Source: the human T2T-CHM13v2.0 reference genome, Homo sapiens. From it: a stretch of 64,000 nt of DNA. The DNA is taken from the NCBI RefSeq assembly GCF_009914755.1, contig NC_060926.1. One strand, given 5' to 3'. Under the pieces are notes generated by a model, which was not told the origin of the DNA, did no database searches, and was given only the letters and a program-made list of their open reading frames with translations. Of the stretch, positions 30,313-45,130 are shown in pieces. The number at the start of each line of letters is the position of its first letter. Positions within the stretch are counted from its first letter, which is position 1. Both the position numbers and the translations under genes were made by a program.

Positions 30313-30625
30313 TTTTTTTTTTTTTTGAGATGGAGTTTCATTCTTGCTGCCCAGGCTGGAGTAAAAATGGCGCAATCCCAGCTCTGCGCCATCTCAGCTC
30401 ACCACAAACTCCGCCTTCCCGGGTTCAAGCAATTCTCCTGCCTCAGCCTCCCGAGTAGCTGGGATTACAGGCATGTGCCACTACGCCAGGCTAATTTTGT
30501 ATTTTTAGTAGAGACGGGGTTTCTCCGTGTTGGTCAGGCTGGTATCGAACTCCCAACCTCAGGTGATCCACCTGCCTCGGCCTCCCAAAGTGCTGGGATT
30601 ACAGGCGTGAGCCACCGCGCCCGGC
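30313..30625 (-). mobile_element. Alu (AluSp-like)
   Basis: tttctccgtgttggtcaggctgg; TSD agaatctttt. Confidence 0.95.
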
Positions 30626-33600
30626 AGAATCTTTTGGATAACAAAAACAGCACTGAAAATAACATGTAAAATATGTAGCAGTGTGATTGGCATCTAGAAG
30701 ATGCTCAGTAAATTGTAGCATTGATGATGATCACGATGATGGCAGTGCTTTCTCTAGCCCATTTATCAGAGAAGGGGATTAAAAGCAGAGATTACAAAGT
30801 TGAGGACTTCATCAACTCTGTTGCTCCAGAGGAACCTCTCTCAGGCATTCCTTCCCTACATGGAAAAGCAACAGGAAAATGAACCCAGAAAAGCTTACGT
30901 TATAAAATCAAGCCAAATGTATACCTGAGAAGTGATGATTTTTTTTTTCTTAAAGTAGTTGCTTCTAAAAGGCATAATTCAAAATAACCACGACAAGAAT
31001 AGACATGCAGAAATCTTAAAGGTGCAATGTTATTTTGTTGAGTAAAAAATAGGGCCAGATAATGACAAATCGTTGCTATGCAAATGAAAAGAAAGATCAT
31101 CATGTCCTGTGCTTCAGGGTGTGAATTGATGGCAAAAATCTGTCTGTATTAGTCAGTAGGGGAGATGAATTCAAATGAAAGCTTTCAGTGATACATGTTC
31201 TTTTTTTTTTTTTTTTTTTTTTGGTTAAGTATCATTTGTGGCTGAAGTCCTGAAATAGTTGTCTAATGGCAGATTTTCCTGAGTGTCCCCTGTAAGCAAG
31301 GCTCGGTAAAGAAGGAGCTGCAAGGTTCACCAAGTCCCTCCTTCCCTTTCTCCCTCTCTCTCTCTCTTCCTTCCTTCCCTATTAAGCACAGCCTTTGCAT
31401 TTCAGGAACTTATATCTTAATGGGAATGGCAAGATGCAGACATTAGAAACCTAACAAGTGCAAATTTATATGGTACATTTCGTGTATGTCAGGTTTGTAA
31501 TATATCTGGAGGAAAAATCAGTAGAGTGAAAACGATGGTGCCAAATCTTGACCAAATTAAACAATGAGTTTTACTTCTTTACTTTTATTTTTTTCGGGCC
31601 AAGGGGTGTTATTTTCAGTTGTTTCAGGGACAGAATAACATTGCCACCCAAGAAGTAGCCCCGCCCCATAACACTATTGAATTCAAGCAGTAGTTGATGA
31701 CTCAGCTACCATATACTTATATACCCTACAATTACATCGTCAAAGTCTTCCCCTAAATAGGAAGGACTGATTTTAACAGGAATTCTTAGCTGATTGATGC
31801 TCCACTGAGGTGGAAATGGCTTGATGATGATTTGATTTGTTGATAATGTCTGACTGAGATTTCTTAAAAAGCTGCCATGTATATTTGGGTTTTTACTTTG
31901 AGTTGTTTATGTCTTATATTTTAAAAGTGAATTAGGATAATTTGCCAACTACATGTAGCTAAAGTTTTCAAAATAAAGTAGTGAGAAAGGATTATTTAAC
32001 ACAGGGGTTGAACATAATAAAGTATCAATTTAGAACCCACTAAACATGCCATATCCCAGAAATAAATTCCAAAGGGTTGAATATTGCAAATCAAATTATA
32101 GAAAAAGTAGCCGGAAACATAATATGTATTAGGTTTGCACAGGAACAACAATTTCTGTGGCTTTAAAGCAAAAGAAGCAACTAGCAAGGAAAAAAACAAA
32201 CAAGTTTGAATATTTTAATTTAAAACTTCTATATAAAAGACTGGGACAATTCACAGTAAATTTGTGACACATAAATGATTAACAATATGTTATAACTGGA
32301 ATATATTGCTAACTCAAATGCAGAAGAAAAGGGCAAGGGCCATAGCAGATAGATGCGGAATTTAATAGCTACCATTTATTGAATATTTTTCCATGCCCAT
32401 ATAGACTTACAAAATCTGATTATACTGATTGTTTTTTATACAAAATGTTTTGTAACCAGCTTTTCTGATATAGCAGCACAGACTTTGACACTAACTAGTC
32501 TTCTAAAACATAGTTTTAGAAGTACAGCCCTATTTTGCTTATGTTTCCAATGCTGGATATTAAGGTTATGGAAAACTAACTTAGGGTGAATTTTCTAGTA
32601 TCTTTTCTACTTATGAAGTCATGATTAGAGTTATGGTTATGGACACTCCCTTGAATGAATCAATGATTTACAAAGAAGCACATTCAATACCGCTTTTATC
32701 AACAGTTTTATAGGTAGCATTTGCCACTAAAACCTGTTTTAACAAAAGAGAAAATATCATTTGAGATCCCATACTTTTGACAACATGTCACCAGTTATCT
32801 TTAAAGGCCTCAGTAAAAGAGACATGTTAATTACAATTCCTGTGAGCATCTTGAGGATAGCAATGACTATAGTATTATATTAGGACACTTTGTCAAGCAT
32901 GTCATTCCCTTATCTTGCTTTTATAGCAGAGGAAATAAAGGCACTAGAGACATATCTTTGAGGTCACACAACAAGTTAACAGTAGATAAACATTAGAACC
33001 GGCAGCTCCAGAATTCCCACTGCATGTAATTAGCTCACTGCAGGCAGGAAATGACAGCACTGGGAATAAATGGCAGATGTGGCGTTTGGGGACCTGGAGG
33101 CTGGTGGGAATTCTCTGTGCTCATCTGAATGGTTAATTAAGTTAGTTCCTCTCAGGGGCTGTCACTGCCTGGAACGTGGAGGCCTCTCAGCCAGGTACCT
33201 TCTTCCTTAGGGTGTAAGGAAACATGATGGTCACCTTCTGGTGCTTTGGTTGGCTGGCCTGGTACAGGAGTTTGAGTGGGGCCTCAGTAATTTCTTAGGC
33301 ACTGCAGTCTATTACTGAGGTTTTATGGAGTTTCTGAGTATGATTTTTGGCATTGATTCCCAGAGGACTGCGATGTGTCTGAGGAGTGCATGGTTGGGAG
33401 TAAAAGGGCAGGGACTGCCTGAACTGTTTTGAAGTTCACCCTCCCTCCCTCTTGGGCAGCTCATGAAGTGTATGTCTGCCTTCTTTTGTCTCCTTACGAG
33501 TGATAGATACTGAATTCATGGACTACCTCCTATTCTTAGACATCCAACAAAATCATTGTAGGAAACAATGTGTGTTTGAAAACTACTGTCAAAAGACTTG

Positions 33601-33950
33601 CTAAGTGTATGGAGAATTCTAGGGAGGGCAGAGGCAGTCTGCCAAGTTGATCCAAAGGCTGGTCCCATCAGATGCTGTAACAAGCTCGTTAGTCCTGGAA
33701 TCATGATTATCTTAATTTCATTGGCCCCCTAGTAAGGACATGACTAAGCATTTAATCACCAAGGGTTGATCAGAGAGAAATGAATCTGTGCTCCTGCTTT
33801 AGAACTCTGAAAGAAGGTGGAATCTTCAGTTCACTTTCTCTTCTGCCCAATCTAGAGTAAGCGTGGCATGCTTCCTGGGAGAGAACCCGAGCTAGACTCC
33901 AGTTACTTCCTGCTGCATCAAACCTGGTTACTCAAAGTGAGCCTGGTTGA

Positions 33951-34351
<401 letters not shown>

Positions 34352-34500
34352 CTAATAAAATTTTATTTACAAAAATAGGCTGCTAGTTCATGGGCTGTAG
34401 TTCAGTGGCCCATGGCACAGATTGGGCAGTACCAGTTTTGGCTACCCATTTGTGTCTTGTGTCTAGAGACACTATGTTCTATTAACCATTATTTGTTTCC

Positions 34501-34941
34501 TTTTTTTTTTCAAATTTATTATTTTTTTAATTCTACTTTAAGTTTTAGGGTACATGTGCACAACGTACAGGTTTGTTACATATGTATACATGTGCCATGT
34601 TGGTGTGCTGCATCCATTAACTTGTCATTTACATTAGATATATCTCCTAATGCTATCCCTCCCCCGTCCCCCCACCCCACAACAGGCCCCGGTGTGTGAT
34701 GTTCCCCTTCCTGTGTCCATGTGTTCTCACTGTTCAATTCCAACCTATGAGTGAGAACATGCAGTGTTTGGTTTTTTGTCCTTGGGATAGTTTGCTGAGA
34801 ATGATGGTTTCCAGCTTCATCCATGTCCCTACAAAGGACATGAACTCATCATTTTTTATGGCTGCATGGTATTCCATGGTGTATATGTGCCACATTTTCT
34901 TAATCCAGTCTATCATTGTTGGACATTTAGGTTGGTTCCAA
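34501..34941 (-). mobile_element. Young primate L1PA 3' end (~440 bp)
   Basis: tttaagttttagggtacatgtgcacaacg ...; ORF 34734-34916(-) DWIKKMWHIYTMEYHAAIKNDEFMSFVGTWMKLETIILSKLSQ is the L1 ORF2 C-terminus. Confidence 0.96.
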
Positions 34942-35154
34942 TGTTATGCCATATACATAACAGTTGCTCAAAAACATTTATTAACTTCAAATTTAATAAA
35001 TATTTTTGAGCAACTGTTGTGTATATGGCATAACATACTCCATGCTACCTTTGATTCCTTCTTCACCCTCCAACATTCTCCCTTCTCTTCTCTTCTCTGC
35101 ACTACTTCCTCTCTTTTCTCATTTGCTCTCATCCTCTATTTATTATTCCTTGGT

Positions 35155-35505
35155 TTCTTTTATTTTAGATTTAGGGGGTATATGTGCAAGTTTGTTACAT
35201 GGGTATACTGTATGATGCTGAGGTTTGGGGTACAATTGATCTTGTCACCCAGATAGTGAGGATAGTACCCAATAGTTAGCTTTTCAACCTTTGCACCCCT
35301 TCCTTCCACTCCCCTTTAGTAGTCCTGTGTCTATTGTAGCTATCTTTACTTCCATGAGTACCCAATGTTTAGGTCTCACTTCTAAGAGAGAATATGTGGT
35401 ATTTGGTTTCCTGTTCCATGTTAATTTGCTTAGGACAATGGCTTCTAGCCACATCCATGTTCCTGCAGAGGACATGATTTCCTTATTTTTTATGGCTGCC
35501 TACTA
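35155..35505 (-). mobile_element. Older L1PA/L1PB 3' end
   Basis: ORF 35284-35475(-) MSSAGTWMWLEAIVLSKL; typical L1 3'UTR. Confidence 0.88.
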
Positions 35506-36795
35506 TTCCTATCACCTGTATTTCAACACACTCTGCAGGTGGTTCTTATGCCTGCTTCAGTTTGAGAAGCGCTGCTACATAATATGTAAATGGTTTATCT
35601 GGGAAAGGTGGCATGATCAGTTGTGAATGCTTTTTCCTGATCATATTTTATATTTATTCATTATGATCCTTAATAAATATTTTAATCTTTGAATGTTTTA
35701 ATAATTTAAACATCTTTTAAAAAGTTGTTTTCCATTATAAATTAATTTTCCATTATAAATTAATACATGCTATGAGAGCTTCAGAAAACACAGAAAAGTG
35801 AAAAGTAAAAAGCAATTTACCCCTCTAGTATATTTATTGATAAGATTTGAAAAGTATGTATATTTTTTCCTATCTTTTCTGTGTATAATTTTTTAAAACT
35901 TTGTTTTTTTTTTCTGATTGTAGGCATTATATATTATCCTCATAGGGCTATAAAGTGATACTATATAGTCTTTGCTTTTTTCCTTTGGTTTAAGGGAATG
36001 CTCTTAGATAATCTTTGTCTTAAAAGAAAATTTTTTCTCTAATTTTTATTTAAATTTTATATAATTTAGGAAGATTCCTGGTATAATCATTAATGTCTCA
36101 AATAGTTATTTTACAGTCCAAATGGAGAATTTATTATCTTCTTAGTGCAACAGAAAAATTTAATTTACTACTCACTGGTAGCATGTATTCTGTATTATAT
36201 GTGAATCTTCTTTGACCAAAACTTTCTAGAGGGTAGAAAAGCTTTTGCTTTGGAAGAATGCGTGACCACCCTCCTCTCAAACTGGCCTGATAGGAGGGGA
36301 GAGGGAGGGAATGATCTCAACAGAAAGTCCTGTTTTTCTAAGGTGAGTGGGGAACACCTCACCACTGTGAAGATGGAGGTTTTTGTTTTTCGGGCTTCTT
36401 TATTGAGACTGGAAAAGTCTTTGCCCAAATCTCTGCTTTTTTAGGCAGTTTGAGAAGAAATCAGCATGTAATTTTTAACCTTTGTAGAATAACTGGCTTC
36501 TGTGTTTGAGGTAGGGCAGGAGAAGTCTGGCCATGATTTTTCCTGTAGCCACTTTACCATGCTTTGTTTTGGAATACATCATTGCCCTCAATAATGCAGA
36601 ATGTATTATGTTAAATGAAAAACTTGGTGCATTTCTTATGTCCACGAGTTAGACTCTTTCTCCAAGTCTAGTTGTTCCAAGAGTAATTGATACAACTTAC
36701 CATTGAGAGGAACACAGTTCAGAAACTAAAGTAGCAAACAAGTATTTCTGAATTTTCAAGCTTCATTTGCATCTTTCAGAGAACATTAGTAACAC

Positions 36796-37268
36796 TTTCT
36801 TTTTGAGTTAATATTTTATTGTCACGCAGATGGCAGTTGGGTATATAGTCTCCATACTTTATACTTTTTATAAATAAAAAATTACAAATTTTAAATAGCC
36901 AATGGTTGGTTATGTTTTCAGAAAACATGATTAGACTAATTCATTAGTGGTGGCTTCAAGATTTTCCTTATTATTATAGCTCCAGAAAATTCACCTACCT
37001 TTTGTCCCTTCTTAAAAAACTAGGTTGGCATGCATTTGACTTCACACTCTGAAGCAACATCCTGACAGTCATCCACATCTACTTCAAGGGATATCATGTT
37101 AGAATACTTTTCAGAGAGGGAATGAAACAAAGGCTCGATCATTTTGCAAGGCCCACATCATGTGCCTGAGAAGTCAACTACTCCAGGTTTATCGCCTGCA
37201 GCCTCCAAGGCTTCCTGAAAAGCAAACTTCTGCTCAATTTGCTTCACCATTTTGGCTGATGGGGTCTT
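36796..37268 (-). pseudogene. TXNP5: Processed thioredoxin (TXN) pseudogene, probably TXNP5
   Basis: Intronless. ATG at 37250 gives [89 protein letters not shown], then a frameshift. The original TAA is at 36931-36933, followed by TXN 3'UTR, AATAAA (36815-36820) and an A-rich remnant. The TXN origin is clear; the pseudogene number is from memory. Confidence 0.93.
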
Positions 37269-38509
37269 CTAAGAAACATTTCTAAAAATTATCTCGTCCG
37301 TCTCTTGTTCCACACTGTTCCAGATCACTTCTTAAAACTCATTTTTACTTCCCTGTCCATACCTTTCTGAAGTTTCAACTGCTTTCCCCCAACCCCCACC
37401 CCAAAGTTCTTTATTATGTAGACTTTTTTTTTTTTTTCAGTTTTGGTATAACTTGCAATCAAGGAGAGCCAGAAAAGTGACTCAGCCACAGGAATTTGTC
37501 CATTTTGTGGGTGGGCTGGTGGGGGTGGCCTTGTGGCCTTGGGAGAACTTGATGGAGGCAGAATTATGACTAGTCATTAATAATCATAACTTTTTTTTAC
37601 ATTTTTAGTTTTTCTTATCATTACACAAAATATCCATGTAACATAATAACTAGTTTTTGTTACACAGGACATGCCTTGTAGTTGTGCTTTTTGCCTTGGC
37701 GACATAGACTGTGTATACCTAAGAACAGCAGAGTCACTGCGGTGGAATTGTTTATGAATGTTTCGTAATGGAAAACTGTTTCTGTGATAAATGAAACTGG
37801 GTTGGTTAGGATTGAATAGAATTGGAAGATAGCAGATCTTAAGGTACCACCCCAAACCCTGCTGTGTCACAGATTTTGGCTGATAGCATCTTATTTATGT
37901 TGAGAAGCTGGTTGGGCAGGAAGGATGTGTGGTCTGGATACTGCATGAGCCAGCTTGGCATTTAAATTTGCCAAAGACTTTGAAGCATTGCCACATTAAA
38001 AAAAAGTCCCTGTGGTAAATTTCAACATTCCTGTCTCCTATAACTCTGCATGTTATTATTTTTAGCCAGCATGACATCTTTCCACAGCATCACCGAGTGC
38101 CCAGTTGTCCATAGTGCTGAGCAGTGTCCACTACTCAGTGTGAGGCCTGGTTCCAGTCCTGCAGAAGCTTACACTCAAAGCCATGAACAGTTTTCTTTTT
38201 ATTAATAGAAGCTTAAGAGCTTTCCCCAGACAAATATGTTGGCTAGCTGTACAACTTTTTTTTTTTTTTTAATTGCAGAGATGGGTGGTGTGTGTTTGTG
38301 TACGTGTGTGTGTATGTGAATCATTTTCTTGAAATACATAAATTCTTAGAAAAATAATGGCTGGAGAGTTGTGAGTAAATGAAAATTTGGTAAACAGGTG
38401 GCTTTTCTGTGATGAATAAAAATGCATATGTTTTGGAAGCAAGGCACTATAGGTTCTTGCTCCCTGCTTCTCTTGGGGCGTATTCCTTCCATGTCTCCCA
38501 GTGAGCACC

Positions 38510-38945
38510 AGGCTTCACCACACTGGCCTCCTTAATGTTCCCTAACACGCCAGCCATGCTCTGCCACAGGACCTTGGCATTTCAATTTTCTCCCCCTGCA
38601 AGACTCTTCCCCGCTAACCTAGAAGGCTGGCTTTCTCACTTTCTTCAAATAGTGGCTTCTCCCTGAGGATGTTTTTGGTTACCCATCTACAAGTTTATTC
38701 CTTCTGCTGGGGCTTTGGGATTTCATATTCTGCTTCTTAATTTTTCTTCTCTTTAGCGCTTATTAATATCTAACACACTATAAAATTTTAACCTCTTTAT
38801 TTTATTGATCTCCTTCCCCCCTCATATAACCTTCCTAAGACTATGGTAATTGTATTTTCGATGGTATTCCCAGTGCCTGGAAGAGTGCCTGGATCATCAC
38901 AAGTGCTCAATAAATAATGGCTGAATGGAAGGAGGGAATGAAGAA
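38510..38945 (+). mobile_element. L2 3' portion
   Basis: cccagtgcctggaagagtgcctgg ... gtgctcaataaataatggctgaatg is the L2 3' terminus. Confidence 0.75.
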
Positions 38946-40287
38946 AGGTTGTGAATGACTCTTGTTGGCTTCTAGTCATCATAACTGACCTTCTCCATAA
39001 TTAGACAACCCATTGTAAGCTAGCAATCAGCTTATTCACTGTATAGAACAGCCTGTGATTTTGAGGTCAATTTTGAGGTGTTCTGGCAGGCTTCTTGGTT
39101 GGTAATCATAGGAAGTAAACTCTCATTAGTATCTGGTGTATAGAGGCATGTTCTGTGAAACCAGTAAACACCTCTCTCTCTACATAATTCTACTATTTCA
39201 TACATTTCCAAGAAGTCAACAGGTAGTAACAGATGCAGCCTGATTGATTTCTGGAAGGGAAATGACAGAGCATATTTGCCGTGGGATAGGTAAATGGAAT
39301 CCTTGGCACTGAGATTCCATTATCTTTTGTCTACCGATAAAAGGTGTATGATTTACTTATCATTTAGTTCCACACCCGGCATTAGTAGGACTGATAGGTG
39401 AGGGGCTAGGAGGAGAGGGACTCCTGCGTGGCTTTGTAAATAGCGATAAAGCAGTGGGAATGTAAAACGCGGCTTGGCAGGGTCTGCCTGGGATTTTGCT
39501 GAGTCCATAGCAATACTTAATTAACTGTGCAAACATTCTATTCAAGATAAGACTATAACAGTTGCCTTGGGGAAAATTCTTTTAGTCAATATTTGTTTGA
39601 TCTTTTGTATAGTATTTTGGCTTTGCTGTTCATGCTATAGCAAAGCTCCTGTTACAAATGCCGTTTTCAGGGATTTGCTGTATTTGCATACCAGGTCAGT
39701 CCTGGGAGAGGTAAAGGATGGGAATCACTGTTTAAATAGAGGTTCCAAGGGCTTTCAAACAAATCTTTGAAAGTTGAAATACTTTGTATCAATCGGTTGT
39801 CAAATAATTATTAAAAACCTGGATTAAGTACTCTGGGAAATCTCAAAATCTAGGATAAGATCTTTGCCTTCAGTTTGCTTATACTCTAGCTATAGAAATA
39901 GGACTCGAATCAGTAGATATAACAGAAGATGCATACACTAAATAATAACAATGGCTGTGATTTCCTAGACACTTAACAAGGACTGAGCACTGTCCTAGTA
40001 CTTTTCTAAGCATGAATTAACTCATTTAAATCCCCTAGTAGTCCAACGAGGCAGGCGCTTTTGGTTAGTGTGAAGTTTTGTACAGAATAAACAATGTCAT
40101 TTGGAGAAAGAGAAGACCAGGGAATCAAAGAGCCACGAAGGAAAACTTCAAGGACAAGGTCTCTCAGTCCAGATTTTAAAGATTGGGAGGCAAATGGCTT
40201 GCAATGGGAAGAAGAAAAAGGGCATAATGGCATTGGTTGTTTTGCTGGTAACATTCCTTTTCTCTCTTGAAAGTTGTTTTACCCCCC

Positions 40288-40539
40288 TTTTTTTTTGAGA
40301 CAGAGTCTTGCTTTGTCACCCAAGCTGGACTACAGTGGCGCAATCTCATTTCACTACAACCTCTGCCTCCCAGGTTCACATGAGTCTCCTGCCTCAGCCT
40401 CCTGAGTAGTTGGGATTACAGGCACACACCACTACACCTGGCTAATTTTTGTATTTTTGGTAGAGACAGAGTTTTGCCATGTTGGCCAGGCTGGTCTTGA
40501 ACTCCTGATCTCAAGTGATCTGCCCTCCTCAGTCTCCCT
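40288..40539 (-). mobile_element. Alu, slightly 5'-truncated
   Basis: Antisense Alu; TSD-like tgttttacc. Confidence 0.93.
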
Positions 40540-40550
40540 ATGTTTTACCA

Positions 40551-41225
<675 letters not shown>

Positions 41226-42585
41226 TGAGACATTTGAGTGAAGATGGAAGGAGGAGGGAGAAAATGCTTTGAAGGTACTTATGGGGAGAGATTTCTAGGC
41301 AGAGGGAACAGCAAGTGCAAAGGCCCTGGGATGGGAACTTAACCTCATTTATTAAAGGAACACCAAGGAGGCCAGAATGGCTGGAGAATAGTGAGCAGGG
41401 GGAATGGTAAGAGGTGATGTCTTCATGGGTAATGCATGCCCAGTCACTGCTGGGTTTAATGATGATGATAATGGTGAGGTAGGCAGAGCTGTTTAGAGTT
41501 TTTTGAGTAGAATGGCAGGCTGGCAGCTGTCACTGCTTTCTGCAACCCTGTGCAGTTGTAGCTTCTCTTGCTTTTCACTAGCAGGCCCAGCCCAGTATAT
41601 CTCTTGGTCTCTGACCCATTGCTGATGTGGGCAGAGGCACCCTGACAGCTTCACACCCATTAGCTGGCAGGTAGAAAACCAGCTGAAGCCCTGAGTGAGA
41701 GAAGGCATGTGCCCTGAATGACACCCTTGTTTCCACCCTCATGGTGTTTTCTTGGTCCGTGTTTCTGAGTTTCTTCTTTGATTTCCTGCTGTTACTGATA
41801 TGCCAGCTGGGTCCTGGGATCTGCCTTGTTCTTGCTATCTTCCTGTCCAAGCCCACTGCCGTGATGCTGGGAAGCAATGTTGGTTCTGGTCTGTGTCCTG
41901 CAGCTGTTTGGGGCTCTGTGCTGAGTAGAGCATTAGGAAGATCCGTTGTGCTGCTGAGGCCCCCTTTTCTTCCACTCGGTGCTTTTGCTTATCCTCCTAC
42001 CACTGCTGTGTCTCCTTGGATGACAGACTTGGGGACCCAAGTGGGCATGGGTGCCTGCACTTCTATAGGTACCTGCTGGACCATCGCCAAAACTCTGCAG
42101 GCAGGGTGATGCACTCAGATTCTCTCCAGCCTGGATTTGCCTGTCTCTGATCCTTTCCCTTTAGCCCATGTTGCTGATCCTCTGAGTTACAAGCAGAAGC
42201 TCAATGAGAGAGGGAGAGGACAGCAACCTCGGGTGAGGGCGTGGAGACCCAGACCAGGGTGACGGCTGTACGAAAGGAGAAGGAGGACAGAAGTGATGGG
42301 TCTGGGGAAGGAAGCCTCAACAGACCGTGCTCCATTGGCTTATGGAGACTCAATAGAAAATCAGAGCCCATACAAGCATCTAAGGATCAATATTAATCCA
42401 GAAGTTGCAAATGCAACGAGTGCTTTCAGAGGATCTTATAGCCAAGACATGGCCAAGTTACGTAAAGAAGGTGTCTGCTGTGGAGCCCTGTGAATGTCCA
42501 GCTGGGGTGGGTCAATGTGGGTTCAGGTCAGAGGCTCAAGTGAATGTTTACTCAAAGGGTCGACCACAGGGCCACTTTTGTGATG

Positions 42586-42647
42586 GCACACATGCACACA
42601 CATGCATACACGCATGCATGCACACACACACACACACACACGCACAT
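42586..42647. repeat. (CA)n / CATG mixed microsatellite
   Basis: Read directly from the sequence. Confidence 0.85.
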
Positions 42648-44371
42648 GTGCTCTCTCACTTATTCTCTCCTTTTGTTTTTGATTTTAGTTGCAGTTACTT
42701 CTAGATAGATCTAAAACATCAACTTTAATGCCATTAATAGGAATAATTATAGCACATATCAGCCTGATTCTCCAACCTACAGAGCAGAGGTTGAGTTAGT
42801 GATAGGATGATAGGTGATAGGAAGTTCTCTGAGGTTTTCTCCCTGCTTCCAGCAACACGAACCTGACTTCTAAGGGCACGCACAAAGGCTTTTGGCAATC
42901 AACTGTGAATCAAGGTGTGCTGATGGGCCCTTCCAGCCTCAGAGAAGAGTAATTGGGGTGAAAAAATGTTATTATAATAAAACTATAATATTGCTGTGAT
43001 TCTAGAAGGTAGCTAAATGAAGGGAGGTTCCCTCTTTGAAGAAAAATGTGAACTAAGTGGTTTCTCTGGGCCTACCACTTACTTTCCTGGGAAAAGGATT
43101 AATTTGAGTTAACATTTATTGAGCTTCCAGAATATCCTATGAAATGCTTTAAAAGTTTAAAATACAATTTTTTTTCTGAATCGGTAATTGACTCATATGC
43201 TTCAACATTTAAAGGCAACAAAAGAATGTACAGTGAGAATCCCCCACCCCATTTTTCCTCCTCCAGGCAGCTAGTTTTTTTCTGCAAGGCAACCCATATT
43301 AGCAGTGTCATATATATTTTGTTAATATACAATATAGTGTGCTCAGTCAGTGTTAATAATCTTAAAGAAAACAAAATGCCTTTTCTCTTTTTAAGGACTT
43401 CGTATTTCATAAAACATGGTGAGCCAATCAGTCATATGGAGCTGTATTTTAGAAACTTTTATTATAAATCCAGTGAGTATATAATTCCTAGATGCTCCAT
43501 TAACTTTATGCTTTTGATTTTTAAATTCAGAAATCTTCCTTCTCCTCTATTTCCCTCCCATTTTATAAACTGTTCTCAAATCTTTGGCACTCACTGTTGC
43601 TTCCTTATGGGGCAGTGCCAGCGCTGATTGGATAAGTAGTAAACAAATATTATAGTAATAGAAAAATGTAGACACAGACAATCAAGTGTAGATTGACTGT
43701 TTCTATTTAGATGGGTCTATATGTTTATGGCTGTGGTTTGACGTGGTGTTTTGCAGTGTGTATATTTTACTGAACACATTTCTGGCCAATTTAGACTTAA
43801 TGTGTATGTTTGCATTAAATCTGTTCATGTGATGAAGTTAAATAGTTCATAAGATACTGAGACAAACAGCAACCAACAAATCATGCTTTTAAACTCTTTA
43901 AAAGTTGTCAAACTTCTCTTGGAGAAAAGAAAAAAGAAAACTCATTTATTTTTTGTAAGTGAAGGAATAGAGGGCAGAAGTTAGAAGAACCTATAACTAA
44001 TGTGCATAGTTTGACTATGACCTGGGTTTGACTCCAGGTTTGTGGAAAATCTTAACAAAAAGAAAAGTATAAAGTTGGTCATATGACAATCCTAGTTTTG
44101 TTTTTCTGTGGTAGATGCCTAATAAATGCTTCTGATCACTAAATGTCATATATTCTGAAAAGTAGGTAAGATAAACAGATATGTAATCCATATAATTTTA
44201 AAAACAATGTTAGCAGAATACTTTTCTGCTTGTGTTCGGCAGTGTTGGTGGATGAGTAAAAACATGCCGAGACAAAAGCAAAGACAAAAAGCCTCAGAAA
44301 CTATGGCCAGTGCTACGGCTGATGAGGCAGGAGGCTGACGGAGTTTGAGGCCAATCTAGGAGAGAGGGAGG

Positions 44372-44508
44372 ATCCAGAGGAGCGGGAGAATGGGTTTTGA
44401 GTTTAGGAACGTGAACTGTCAGGATTTAACACTGGAGTAATCCAGAGGCGCGGGAGAATGGGTTTTGAATATCGGAAAGTGAAACGTCAGGATTTAACAC
44501 TGGAGTAA
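44372..44508. repeat. Tandem duplication, 68-bp unit x2
   Basis: Units start at 44372 and 44440; 7 mismatches. Confidence 0.95.
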
Positions 44509-44537
44509 CTTAATAGCTACCAGAGTAGCACTAGAGT

Positions 44538-44786
44538 AACTTACTAGCTTTCCTGCAGCCTGGGGAGGTGAGGGCTTTCTCTCCTGGCATGCCTTATATA
44601 GCAGCCTGGACAGACTAGATTAACTTTGCAAATATGATCCCTTTGTATTTGGAAACCTTATTTTTATACATTTTGATTTTCTTCTTAAAGAGAATGCAGC
44701 ATATAATAAGAAGTGATAACTATAGTTTAAAATAATTTACCCAGGACTCTGAGAGAACAGCTCTTGGAAGTGTTAGTTTTCAGCCT
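44538..44786 (+). repeat. Dispersed direct repeat, copy A (~250 bp)
   Basis: Colinear similarity to 45650-45913. Confidence 0.92.
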
Positions 44787-44789
44787 AAC

Positions 44790-45130
44790 TCTAGAAATCT
44801 ATTTCCAAGGGAATGGTTGACACACAGAAAAAGATTTGTCATAAGATGTTCTGTAATTCATAATAAAGAAAAACTGAAAGTGAGTTATTTGTCTAACAAG
44901 AAGGGAATGGATAAGGAAATGGTAGTACTATGTCCATTTTATCAGTAAAATAATATTTAGGGTATGTTTTCAGTTAGGTATGAGGCACAGTAAAATTCTG
45001 TGAAAAAAAGACAAGAAGAGAATGTTAATGCTGGTTGTGTATATGTGATGAAATTTTAAAAAAACTGTTCTGGATCTAATATATGGGCTATAATGTGGAT
45101 ATATTACCTTAAAAGGTAGAGGGAAAAAAT
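44790..45130 (+). mobile_element. Old L1ME-like 3' fragment
   Basis: ctagaaatctatttccaagg ... gtctaacaagaagggaatggataaggaaatggtagtac. Confidence 0.5.

Noticed and set aside
34576-35626. Several ORFs of 60-186 aa
   Set aside because: They are frames through L1 3' ends.
37158-37160. In-frame TGA next to CxxC as a possible selenocysteine codon
   Set aside because: It replaces Trp (TGG>TGA), not Cys. A TAG and a frameshift follow, and no SECIS was seen.
43099-43627. Overlapping 103-aa and 162-aa ORFs
   Set aside because: AT-rich composition, partly old L1-like, with no domain or exon signals.
44372-44545. CRISPR-like repeat/spacer array
   Set aside because: There are only two units, no unique spacers, and the context is eukaryotic.
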